From an uncultured Gemmatimonadales bacterium (GTDB lineage: Bacteria > Gemmatimonadota > Gemmatimonadetes > Gemmatimonadales > GWC2-71-9), in contig CAWGED010000015.1 in NCBI GenBank assembly GCA_963821525.1, positions 1 to 15,037 on the forward strand: a stretch of 15,037 nucleotides of DNA, in the 5' to 3' direction. Position 1 is the stretch's first letter. Each line of letters opens with the position of its first letter. The notes beneath the pieces were generated by a model that worked only from the letters and a program-made list of their open reading frames with translations, was not told the origin of the DNA and did no database searches. Of this stretch, positions 1 through 8,719 are shown piece by piece. A program made the position numbers and the translations under genes.

Positions 1-581
1 GTCGTTCCCGGTGGCGAGGCTTGCCCCAAACCAGTGCGCGGGCTCGCTGTCGCTTGCAGTGAGCATCGTGTCGGCCGCCCACCGTCCTTGCGCATCACGA
101 TTGAAAACGTAGACTGCTCCGGCTCCCTTGTTCCGTCGACTGACCACGAAGGCCCTGTCCCGGCCAGGGCGACCTGCTGGCCGAAGTTGTCTCCAGGTGC
201 TGCGTCCGGGGCGACGATCCGGCCGGTCGACGCCAAGCACCGGAGGCGTCGCGAGTGAAGCGAACACTGCGCCCCGGCCCGAGTCCAGCCGTCACGGAGC
301 TGATAAGCGCCGTGCTGCTGTCGAGCGCGATGCTCTTGCCGAACCCGTCGTTATTGGTGGCGCTGTCCGCACTCAGCTTGGTGAACAGCTTCCAATCACC
401 CTTGAGGCCGGCGCGATACACGTAGACGAAGCCGGGCGAGTAGGTGTTCTCCATTGCCCGATCAGGACCTCGTTACGGCCGACGGCAATCGTGGCGCCGT
501 AGTTGAAGTTCTGTGCCGCGAGAGGCGCGGCAACGAGGTGCAGGCAAGGATAGCGGTGACGCAGGAAAGGCGGCTTGGCAC
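1..581 (-). CDS. Secreted FG-GAP/integrin-like repeat beta-propeller protein, N-terminal part (runs off the window; possibly choice-of-anchor B family); several frameshifts
   Basis: GGAG RBS, then GTG at 581. Signal-peptide-like start ending ...APLAAQ. Joining frames gives repeated FG-GAP-like units: NFNYGATIAV..GFVYVY, NDGFGKSIAL, GDNFGQQVAL..GAGAVYVF, HWFGASLA. Confidence 0.7.
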
Positions 582-772
582 AGGGTTTCTCCAGAGGTCC
601 GGGTGGATCGGGCACTGAGTCGGCTGGCCGGGCCGGCTGCAGCATAAGGCAGCACGATTCCGGGGGCGATTCTGTTTCAGCCACCCGGTAATTCCTGGTC
701 AATCCGAAACGGGTGGCGTCGGTCCTAGAATTAAGGCGAGGGGGCGATCTCGTCCACCGGTACTGAGCTGGG

Positions 773-1194
773 CTACTTCGAGGCTACTTGAAAGGCGTTA
801 CGAACCCGTGGTGTCGAGAGGAACCAGAGCATCGCTCCACCTATAGGCAGGCCGATCAAAGCACGAGAGTCCCCTCGCACAATCGCGTTCCCGAGGTCGC
901 CGACGAGATTGACCACCAGGAGGGCACAAGCGGTGATGTAGCCCCAGCGACGGCGGCGGTGGATGCCAGTCGCTGCGGTCGAACAGGCGAGGCGACCGGA
1001 AGCATCAGAGCCAACGCTGACTTCCCCAGGCTCCCAAAGGCCCGCTGGGCATCCGGATTCAGGCGCCAGATGACGTCCATGCGTGCCTGGCCAGGCGATC
1101 AGGACTGCGGTGAGGTCGCGGCGACCGCGCCGGCGGCAAAGAACGCCGTCAGCAGGTAGAGGCCGAGCGCGGGGACATCAGGTTGCCTGGTCAT
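773..1194 (-). CDS. Hypothetical multi-pass membrane protein (~140 aa), frameshifted
   Basis: Manual frame-joining: MTRQPDVPALGLYLLTAFFAAGAVAA..MDVIWRLNPDAQRAFGSLGKSALALML..TGIHRRRRWGYITACALLVVNLVGDLGNAIVRGDSRALIGLPIGGAMLWFLSTPRVRNAFQVASK*. ATG at 1194, TAG at 773-775; about four hydrophobic segments. Confidence 0.65.
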
Positions 1195-1597
1195 GAATTA
1201 GATTTTCTAGTTCCTGGTGTAGTTCCCGCAGGCTCCTTACCCGATCGCCAAACCAACGTCCAGTTTCGGAGGTGTCCAATCAACCCCCGCGTCCTGCTGC
1301 AGAGTACCGGGCTGCTCGTCGTGTCCAATGTGTTCATGACCTTCGCCCGCAGTATATCGCCGCTATCGCGAGCTGGGGCGTGGCACTCCTCGAGTACCTG
1401 TTTCAGGTCCCGGCCAATCGTATCGGCTACACGGCCTTGAGCCTCGGCTAACTCAAGATCATGCAGGAAGTGATCACACTGGTCGTCTTCGTGCCGTTCG
1501 CGGTGCTTCACATGCGCCAGCCGGTCCGGCTGGACTACTACCTCTGGGCGGGCCTCTGCATTCTTGGGGGCGGTGTACTTTGTGTTTCGCCGGTAGG
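1189..1597 (+). repeat. Direct repeat copy 1 (upstream region plus DMT gene)
   Basis: Aligns by eye with 2922-3359 from GGTCATGAATTA to the TAG stop. 1277-1347 is identical to 3011-3081 (71 bp). Confidence 0.95.
1279..1596 (+). pseudogene. DMT family protein (DUF486/DMT_6 type), degraded copy
   Basis: Motifs SNVFMTFA and YIAAIASWGVALLEYLFQVPANRIG..LKIMQEVITLVVFVPF. Relative to copy 2: ~33-nt net deletion after 1347, in-frame TAA at 1449-1451 (CAA in copy 2), an extra TAC codon and an extra G near the end. Confidence 0.75.
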
Positions 1598-1621
1598 CCC
1601 CGCCGTCGGTGAACGGCGGGG
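1598..1621. terminator. GC-rich hairpin between convergent DMT copy 1 and the NmrA/SDR gene
   Basis: CCCCGCCGT-cggtga-ACGGCGGGG, a perfect 9-bp stem just after the DMT stop; weak U-tract. Confidence 0.55.
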
Positions 1622-1639
1622 TTGTCCGGCGTCGACGGT

Positions 1640-2397
1640 CTTCGAGACCAGGGACCGGTGGAACCAGTCTTCCAAGCGGATTTCGCCGAGGGTGGCGTCG
1701 TCGCCTGGGCAGGAGTGTGCGCTCCCCCAGCTCTGCCCCGAAGTAACGCGCCTGCGGATCGCTGACCACTTCGCGTGGATCGTGGCCCTCCCTGAGGTCT
1801 CGCCGGATGAGTTCGTCCAAGATGGAGCTGCTCCGGCCCCGCGACTTCGACGATGCCGTTCACCGGCGATCGGACGGTGACCCTGGCAATCGCACTCGCG
1901 ATATCCTCGGCCGCCATGGGTTGGATCAAAACGGGTGTGGACCTGGCCGTGTTCCCGACGGTTGTGTCGTCCGCCATTCGCTTGATGAACTCGAAGAACT
2001 GCGTCGCATGGACGATCGAGTAGGGGATCGACGAGTCACGGATCAGCTTCTCCTGGACGATCTTGGCGCGGAAGTAGCCGCTTTCGGAGAGCCGGTCGGT
2101 TCCTACCACCGATAGCGCAACGTGATGGCCGATGCCTGCCGCCGCTTCCGCCTTGAGGATGTTGCTGGTCGATGTCTCGAAGAACTTTCGAGCACCGCCG
2201 TATCCTCAAATGACGGCGAGTTCGATACATCGACGACGACCGCGGCACCGTTCAGGGCTTGGGCCAGGCCCTCGCCCGTGAGGTGTGTTCACGCCGGAGT
2301 CCGGTGACGCCGGCACCGCCTGGTGGCCTTGCTGACTCAGTTTGCGGACGAGCTTTGATCCAATGAGCCCGGTTCCGCCGATTACCACAATCTTCAT
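1640..2397 (-). CDS. NmrA-like / atypical SDR NAD(P)H-binding oxidoreductase, frameshifted; 3' end approximate
   Basis: Rossmann start MKIVVIGGTGLIGSKLV; HHVALSVVGTDRL..GYFRAKIVQEKLI (YxxxK), HATQFFEF, EVAGPE, DPQARYFGAEL. Pieces lie in ORFs 2206-2397, 1474-2109 and 1191-1820. No clean stop seen before the hairpin at 1621. Confidence 0.85.
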
Positions 2398-2468
2398 AAC
2401 GAGCCACCTTGTTGTAGCCTTGTCGGGGCTGTGATGTATGAGTCCAGGTGGACACCATCAACTCTCAT

Positions 2469-2869
2469 TCATTGCGCGGGCACTACCGGCGGACTGCCCT
2501 TGTCCTTCAACAGGAACACCAGGAACTTGGCCGGTTTGGTGCTGCTGGCGTTGCGTCCAACGACATGGACGTCGTCAGGGCCTTCATAAAACGTCTGCCC
2601 GGGAAGCAGCGTCACCGACTCTCCTCCTTTCACCTGCATCACGATCGAGCCCTCCAGCACGTAGACGAACGCATTGGCATTGTGCCGGTGGATGGATCAG
2701 CTCCGCCAGGCGCATACTCGCCGGTGATCATCACGACTTCTTTGCCTGGAATGTTGGTCAGGGCTTTTGCCATGAGCGGCGTGACCGTGGGCTCCTGGGC
2801 GGCCAACCTGCCGGTGAAGGCGAGCAGGCAGACCACCGAACCTGCCAGGGCGATCTTCAGGGTGCGCAT
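2469..2869 (-). CDS. Secreted cupin-domain protein, one frameshift near 2690
   Basis: Signal peptide MRTLKIALAGSVVCLLAFTGRLAA-Q. Joined frames give YAPGGADP/HRHNANAFVYVLEGSIVMQV..GQTFYEGPDDVHVVGRNAS (cupin motifs 1 and 2). Confidence 0.88.
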
Positions 2870-2876
2870 CGTGCGG

Positions 2877-2919
<43 letters not shown>

Positions 2920-2921
2920 TA

Positions 2922-3359
2922 GGTCATGAATTACATTTTCCAGTTCCTGGCGTAGTCCCGCAGAATCCTGTTACCCGATTGCCAAACCAATGTCCAGCTT
3001 CGGAGGTGTGCAATCAACCCCCGCGTCCTGCTGCAGAGTACCGGGCTGCTCGTCGTGTCCAATGTGTTCATGACCTTCGCCGGCACGCTCACCTGCGCAA
3101 CCTCAGCGGCCGTCCATGGTATATCGCGGCCATTGCCAGCTGGGGCGTCGCCCTCCTCGAGTACCTGTTTCAGGTCCCGGCCAACCGTATCGGCTACACC
3201 GTGTTGAGCCTCGGCCAACTCAAGATCATGCAGGAAGTGATCACGCTGGTCGTCTTCGTGCCGTTCGCGATGCTTTACATGCGGCAGCCGATCCGCTGGA
3301 TTATCTGTGGGCGGGACTCTGCATCCTCGGGGCGGTGTACTTTGTGTTTCGGAGGTAGG
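2922..3359 (+). repeat. Direct repeat copy 2 (upstream region plus DMT gene)
   Basis: Homologous to 1189-1597; begins 3 nt after the last A of the poly(A) run. Confidence 0.95.
3013..3358 (+). CDS. DMT family protein (DUF486/DMT_6 type), probably the functional copy; two 1-nt frameshifts (~3081, ~3295)
   Basis: INPRVLLQSTGLLVVSNVFMTFA/..AHLRNLSGRPWYIAAIASWGVALLEYLFQVPANRIGYTVLSLGQLKIMQEVITLVVFVPFAMLYMRQPI/LDYLWAGLCILGAVYFVFRR*. GGAGGT at 3002-3007; the start codon is uncertain (ATC). Confidence 0.85.
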
Positions 3360-3372
3360 TCCGAGCGGCGAG

Positions 3373-3493
3373 AGCCGTCAGCCGTCAGCTGTTAGCCGCC
3401 AGCCGTCAGCCGTTAGGAAAAACCAAAGCCGTAAGTCAGTGGCTCTGGCTTAAGGCTTAAAGCTGACGGCTGAGGGCGTACTGACGGCTGACG
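3373..3493. repeat. Inverted pair of heptamer tandem arrays (AGCCGTC)n ... (GCTGACG)n around an inner hairpin
   Basis: Six units at 3373-3414: AGCCGTC, AGCCGTC, AGCTGTT, AGCCGCC, AGCCGTC, AGCCGTT. Inner stem AAGCCGTAAGTCAG/CTGGCTTAAGGCTT at 3426-3458. About four reverse-complement units at 3462-3493. Confidence 0.85.
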
Positions 3494-3570
3494 ACCTCAC
3501 TCATCCTTCACGGCCCCTTCATCCCCTCGACGCTAGCTTCTGACTCAGATGGACCAGCAAAGGGGGCTTC

Positions 3571-4065
3571 ATGTCCATCAATCCCGCGCATCTTCACCTC
3601 GCGCTTAACCACGTCCCGGTACTCGGCGTCCTGTTCGGCACCATCCTGCTCGCCGTCGGTCTCTGGCGCCGGAACGACACGATTCGGCGGACCAGCCTCG
3701 TTGTCCTGCTGCTGACGGGCGCAGCCGCGGGCGCTGTCTACCTGACCGGCGAACCGGCTGAAGAACTGATAGAGAACACGGCCGGGGTGTCCGAAAGACA
3801 GATCGAACGGCATGAAGACGCTGCCGTCACAGCCACCACCGGGGCAGCGCTTCTCGGTGTGGCCGCTCTCGTGCTGCTCTGGCGTTCGCGTCGCACCGGG
3901 TCGATGCCATCGCGCCTGCTCGTCGCGATCTTCGGCTTGGCTGTGCTGACGACGGTGCTGATGGCTTGGACCGCGAACCTCGGCGGGCAGATCCGGCATT
4001 CGGAGATCACCACCGCCGGCGTGACGTCGACCGAGGCCGCGACACCCGACGACGCGGACGAGTGA
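3571..4065 (+). CDS. Four-TM membrane protein, DUF2231-like
   Basis: Intact 164-aa ORF with AAGGGGG RBS. HLALNHVP N-terminal motif, YLTGEPAEE..IERHEDAA and TANLGGQIRHSE; four hydrophobic segments. Confidence 0.75.
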   Translation: MSINPAHLHLALNHVPVLGVLFGTILLAVGLWRRNDTIRRTSLVVLLLTGAAAGAVYLTGEPAEELIENTAGVSERQIERHEDAAVTATTGAALLGVAALVLLWRSRRTGSMPSRLLVAIFGLAVLTTVLMAWTANLGGQIRHSEITTAGVTSTEAATPDDADE

Positions 4066-4099
4066 GCGCAAGCCCGGTCCCTCACGACGGAGATGGGCC

Positions 4100-5002
4100 A
4101 TGACCGTCCTCTGCGGAACCGACTTCAGCCGTCTGGCCACCGAGGCCGCGCGGGTTGCGGGTCTGATCGCGCGCGGATCAGGACAGGACCTGCACCTGGT
4201 ACACGTACTTCCGGCCGAATCGTTGCATCCCGATACCGGATCACGGCCGGGTCAGTCGGGTTTTCCGGAGGACCGTCTTGCCTGGGAGGCCGAAACCCTC
4301 CAGGTGGCCGGTCTCCCGATTGTCACCGAAGTCCTGCACGGCAGGCCGGACGAGGCATTGGTCAAGCGGGCCGGGGAACTCGGCGCGACACTCATCGTGA
4401 TCGGGGCCGTGGGGCACCGGGCGATCGATCGTTGGGTGCTTGGCAGTTGCGCGGACGCTACTGCCCGTGAAGCCTCGGTGCCCGTGCTGGTAGTGCGGGC
4501 GGCAGAGCCATTTGTCGAATGGCTGGTGAAGGGAAAGGCCTTGAAAGTCGTGATCGGCTTCGAGGCGGGCCCCAGCTCAGACGGAGGGCTGGCGTGGGCC
4601 GGCGCCCTGGGCAAGATCGGTCCGATTGATCTCGTGGTAGCCCGGCTCGTTGTGCCGGGAGAGGAGAACCGGCGCCGCGGCTTCTCGGGTCCGGGAATGG
4701 GTATCGCGCTGTTGCCGGAGACCGAGGCCAGGCTGCTCGAGGAGCTGAGTGCCCGGAAACGGTCGCTGCTGGGTGATGGTGACATGGCGGTCCGGCTGCA
4801 AGTCATCCCGGCATTGGGACGGCTCGACCGTGCTCTGGTGGTGGCAGCGGAAGAGCTCGGGGCGGACCTGATTGTCGTGGGCAGCCACCAGCGTGAGGGG
4901 TTCCGCCGCTGGTGGCATGGCTCCGTGTCGGGTGGCGTGCTGCACGCCGCGCCCATGAGCGTGGCGGTAGTCCCGGTTCGTGCCTCGGGCCCTGCAGACT
5001 GA
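4100..5002 (+). CDS. Universal stress protein with two Usp domains
   Basis: VLCGTDFS..LHLVHV, ATLIVIGAVGH..WVLGSCAD..VPVLVVR; second domain ADLIVVGSHQREG..GSVSGGVLHAAPMSVAVVP. Confidence 0.93.
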   Translation: MTVLCGTDFSRLATEAARVAGLIARGSGQDLHLVHVLPAESLHPDTGSRPGQSGFPEDRLAWEAETLQVAGLPIVTEVLHGRPDEALVKRAGELGATLIVIGAVGHRAIDRWVLGSCADATAREASVPVLVVRAAEPFVEWLVKGKALKVVIGFEAGPSSDGGLAWAGALGKIGPIDLVVARLVVPGEENRRRGFSGPGMGIALLPETEARLLEELSARKRSLLGDGDMAVRLQVIPALGRLDRALVVAAEELGADLIVVGSHQREGFRRWWHGSVSGGVLHAAPMSVAVVPVRASGPAD

Positions 5003-5040
5003 GGATCAGGACTGAGGATTCAACTTCAGGCTGGCGTTAG

Positions 5041-7745
5041 ATGACCTCGCGCAGCGCACTGGGCCAGGCACCGCCGGCATTCCGGGACGCGGTCTCCTCC
5101 GTTAAGCGGGCTCGGTGCGTCGTCCTCGCCACCCTGGCATTCCCTCCCCGTGGAGCAGGTGGGGGCCCTGCTGTCCAGCTCGGTGGTCGAGGGGCTGGCT
5201 CCCGAGGAGGCCGCTGCGCGGCTTCGACACTATGGGCCGAATGCCATCACCGAGCGGCGGCGCCGCCACGCCGGCCTGATTTTTCTCGCTCAGTTCTCCG
5301 ACTTCATGGTGCTCGTGCTCGCGACCGCGGCGATACTCGCCGGCGTGATCGGCGAGCCGCAGGACACCGTCGCCATCGTTGCCATCCTGGTCCTGAACGC
5401 GGTGCTGGGCTTCGTCCAGGAATATCGTGCCGAGCGTGCCCTCGAATCGCTACGGGCGATCTCGGTCCCTGCTGTGCGGGTCCGTCGCGGAAGGATGACG
5501 ACCGTGGTTCCGGGGACGGAGCTGGTTCCCGGGGACTTGGTATTGCTGGAGGCCGGCAATCTGGTCCCCGCCGATCTCCGGCTTACCGAGGCCACCCACC
5601 TCCGGATCGAGGAAGCGCCGCTCACCGGCGAATCGCACCCGATCGACAAGATCACCGACGCTTTGGCCGATCCTGACCTCGTCCTGGGCGACCGGCGCAA
5701 CATGGCCTACAAGGGCACATCCATCGTGCATGGCCGCGGAGCGGGGTTGGTCGTCGCATCGGGGATGAATACGGAGTTGGGGCGGATTGCGAGTCTGCTG
5801 GTACAGGAGCGAGGCGTCAGGACGCCGCTGCAGCTCCGCCTCACTCGACTGGGACAGCGCCTGGCTGGCGCCGCGCTCGCCGTATGCGCCCTGGTCCTGC
5901 TGCTCGGCTTGGTTCGGGGCGAGCGACTGCTGCCCATGCTGCTCACCGCCATCAGCCTGGCAGTCGCGGCGATTCCCGAGGCGCTTCCCGCGGTGGTGAC
6001 GGTAGCGCTCGCGCTCGGGGCGCGGCGGATGATCCGGGAGCGCGCGCTAGTTCGCCAGTTGCCCGCGGTCGAGACCCTTGGTTCGGTGACGGTCATCTGC
6101 GTTGACAAGACCGGGACGCTGACCGAGAACCGGATGCAGGTCGAGGGCTTTGTGGTGAATGAGGTCGCAAGCGGTCCCCCGCCCGAATCCGCGAGGCCCG
6201 ACCCGTGGCCCCGGCTGCTGGAAGCGCTCGCGCTCAGCAACGATGTGCACCTCACTCCCGATGGAAGCCGCTCGGCGATCCCACGGAGATCGCCCTCTTT
6301 CAGGCCGCCGCCGGTGCAGGCTGCGATCCGGCCGCGGCCGCCCAGCGCAGCCCTCGGCTGGCGGAGCTGCCCTTCACCGCCGAACGCGCCTGCATGACGA
6401 CGCTGCACCGTTCCGGGTCCGAGGTCATCGCCTATACCAAAGGATCGCACGAGCGGGTCCTCTCCATGTGTGTCGATCGGCTGGGTGCGAAGGGGGCCGA
6501 GACCTTGAACACTCGGGCCCTCATGAAGCAGGCCGAGGACCTGGCCGAAAAGGGACTCAGAGTGATCGCACTTGCGTACCGCCGGTTCTCTGCAGTGCCG
6601 GACCTCCTGACTCCTGAGACCGTGGAAGTGGGACAGACCTTCTCGGCCTGGTCGGGCTTCTCGATCCACCGCGGCCCGAGGCCGCGGAGGCCGTGGCCAC
6701 TTGCCGCGCCGCGGGCGTCACCGTGGTGATGATCACCGGAGACCACCCGGTCACGGCCCGGAACATTGCGGCGCGTCTCTCGATCCTCGAACACGGGAAA
6801 GAGGTGCTGACCGGTTCGCAGCTCGAGAGGCTCGCACCGGAAGCCCTTATTGAACGGGCCGAGAGCGTGCGGGTCTACGCCAGGGTCGCGCCGGAGCAGA
6901 AGATCGCGATCATCCGCGCACTGCAGGCTCGGGGTGAGTGCGTCGCCATGACGGGGGACGGCATCAACGATGCTCCTGCACTCCGCCGGGCAGACATTGG
7001 CATCGCGATGGGGCGGGGCGGGACCGATGTGGCCCGGGAGGCGGCTCACCTGGTTCTGCTGGACGACAACTTCGCGACCATCGTGTCGGCGGTTCGCGCC
7101 GGCCGACGCATCTACGACAATATCCGCAAGTTTGTGCGCTACGTGGTCACCTGCAACGCTGCGGAGGTGGAGACGCTGCTTCTGGCTCCACTGATTGGCC
7201 TGCCGATCCCGCTCCTGCCGATTCACCTGCTCTGGATCAACCTGGTCACCGATGGCCTTCCAGGAATCGCGCTTGCAGTCGAACCGGCGGAGCCCGACGT
7301 CATGCGCCGGGGCCCCCGCGCGCCGGGCGAGAGCATTTTCGCCGGCGGGCTGTGGCAGCACGTAGTCTGGGTGGGGCTGGTGATGGCGGGAGTCACTCTG
7401 ACGATTCAGGCTTGGGCCTACCATCACGAGATGGTCCACTGGCAGACAATGACGTTCACGGTGCTGGCGCTTTCCCAGATGGGCCACGTCCTTGCCATTC
7501 GCTCGGAGCGAACCTCGCTGTTCCGGGCCGGGATCGGATCGAATCTTCCTTTGCTCGCTGCGGTGGCGCTGACCGTGCTTCTGCAACTCGGCACCATCTA
7601 TCTGCCGGGTGCGGCGGCAGTGTTCAAGACGCAGCCGCTCAGCCCAGGCGAGCTGCTGGTCTGCCTGCTGCTTTCCACCGTTGTCTTCTTCGCGGTCGAG
7701 GGCGAGAAGTGGCTGATTCGCCGAGGCTTGCTGTATCGTGACTAG
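5041..7745 (+). CDS. Cation-translocating P-type ATPase, P2A (Ca2+-type); frameshifts near the 5' end, ~6265 and ~6643
   Basis: PWHSL N-terminal motif, LTGES (5621-5635), AAIPEALP (TM4), DKTGTLT (from 6104), GDPTE, MITGD, MTGDGINDAPAL, TCNAAEV (TM5), WINLVTDGLP (TM6). Spread over ORFs 5150-6397, 6205-6729 and 6693-7745; start at ATG 5041 is inferred. Confidence 0.93.
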
Positions 7746-7761
7746 GCGCCTACCGCGACGA

Positions 7762-7798
7762 GGACTTCCTCGCGGGAACTGTCCCGCAGAGGAAGTCC
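7762..7798. terminator. Strong hairpin between convergent ATPase and BON genes
   Basis: GGACTTCCTC-GCGGGA-actg-TCCCGC-a-GAGGAAGTCC: 16-bp stem with one bulge and no clear U-tract. Confidence 0.6.
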
Positions 7799-7810
7799 GG
7801 CCGGAATTAC

Positions 7811-8467
7811 TTAGACGGTGACGGTGAGTTCGTTCTCGACTGCGGTGACGCCCGGCGCGGCCCAGGCCGCATGCTCCGCCTCCCGCCGCTCATCCCAGGA
7901 GTGCACAGTACCCCGGAGGGTGATCCGGCGGTCCCTGGCCTCGACCTTGATTTCCTGGGCGTGCAGGGCCGCACTGCGGGACAAGGCTGCCTGGATCTGC
8001 TTGGTCACTTCGGCAACTCGCACCGACGGCGGCTCCAGAATCACCTGATTGTTCACCCCGCGAACCCCTGGCAGCAGGCGTAACGCATTCTCGGCGTGAT
8101 CCCTCTGGTATTGCCATTCGACCTTCCCTTCGAGTGTCACCCAGCCGTTCTCCACCCGCACCTTGATCCGATCCTTGGGCACGGAGGCGGACAAAGCCAA
8201 TGCCTGCAACGCTGCTCTTGCGATATCGACGTCGCTGTGCTCGAAGGCAGCGGTGGGAACCACCGTCAGCTCATTGGCGATGGCTGCTACCCCAACCACG
8301 CGCTCCACCGCACGCAGGGCGGCCAGCTTCTCGGCATATGTCCTCACCCGCCCGGTCAGGGTCACCAGCCCGCCGGTCACGTTCACGCCGATCTCCTTCT
8401 CATCCAAGCTGGGCTCCCACCGAAGCTCATCCACAACGTCTGGCTGTAACTGCCGATCCGGTTTCAT
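7811..8467 (-). CDS. BON-domain protein (OsmY-like, three BON repeats, no signal peptide)
   Basis: Three repeats: IGVNVTGGLVTLTGRV..VVGVAAIANEL, IKVRVENGWVTLEGKV..LPGVRGVNNQV, IKVEARDRRITLRGTV..APGVTAVENEL. AGGAGG RBS. Confidence 0.93.
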   Translation of the reverse strand: MKPDRQLQPDVVDELRWEPSLDEKEIGVNVTGGLVTLTGRVRTYAEKLAALRAVERVVGVAAIANELTVVPTAAFEHSDVDIARAALQALALSASVPKDRIKVRVENGWVTLEGKVEWQYQRDHAENALRLLPGVRGVNNQVILEPPSVRVAEVTKQIQAALSRSAALHAQEIKVEARDRRITLRGTVHSWDERREAEHAAWAAPGVTAVENELTVTV

Positions 8468-8719
8468 AAGGCCTCCTGTCTTTCATGTCATCACTCGATC
8501 ATTTCTGCGAACGACGAGGGCTGTCTGCGTCTTCCCATTGTATTTGCTCAGTGGTGAAGCCAGCATGAATCGAGTGCGAGAGGGTGGCTGGCACTCCAGC
8601 AGCCTTCGTACCGCATGGCTCTGAACTCTCCTTCATACGATGCTCAGACTGGGTTCAGTCCCCTGATGCCAGCTTGAAGTGTGTAGATGCTGCCGCCTCA
8701 GGCTGAAAGGAACTCTCCC

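Noticed and set aside
2922..3012. Guanidine or other riboswitch upstream of the DMT gene
   Set aside because: I found no paired ACGR-loop hairpins or other recognisable consensus; an Rfam scan would be needed to exclude it fully.
3373..3493. CRISPR array
   Set aside because: Units are 7 nt, contiguous and lack spacers; no cas genes are present.
4995..5019. Short duplication GACTGAGGAT x2 at the USP stop
   Set aside because: Only two 10-bp copies 13 nt apart with nothing between them; local slippage rather than a target-site duplication.
6260..6650. Programmed frameshifting in the P-type ATPase
   Set aside because: The shifts look like single missing bases in short runs, without slippery heptamers, matching the window-wide error pattern.
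5707..7586. Long minus-strand ORFs (320 aa and 384 aa) and similar antisense ORFs over the USP, baeRF and GGDEF genes
   Set aside because: Shadow ORFs of well-supported genes in high-GC DNA, with no recognisable motifs.
8589..8603. Sigma54-like site TGGCAC-N5-CAGC upstream of the baeRF gene
   Set aside because: GG-N10-GC spacing fits, but the -12 element deviates from TTGC and there is no other support.
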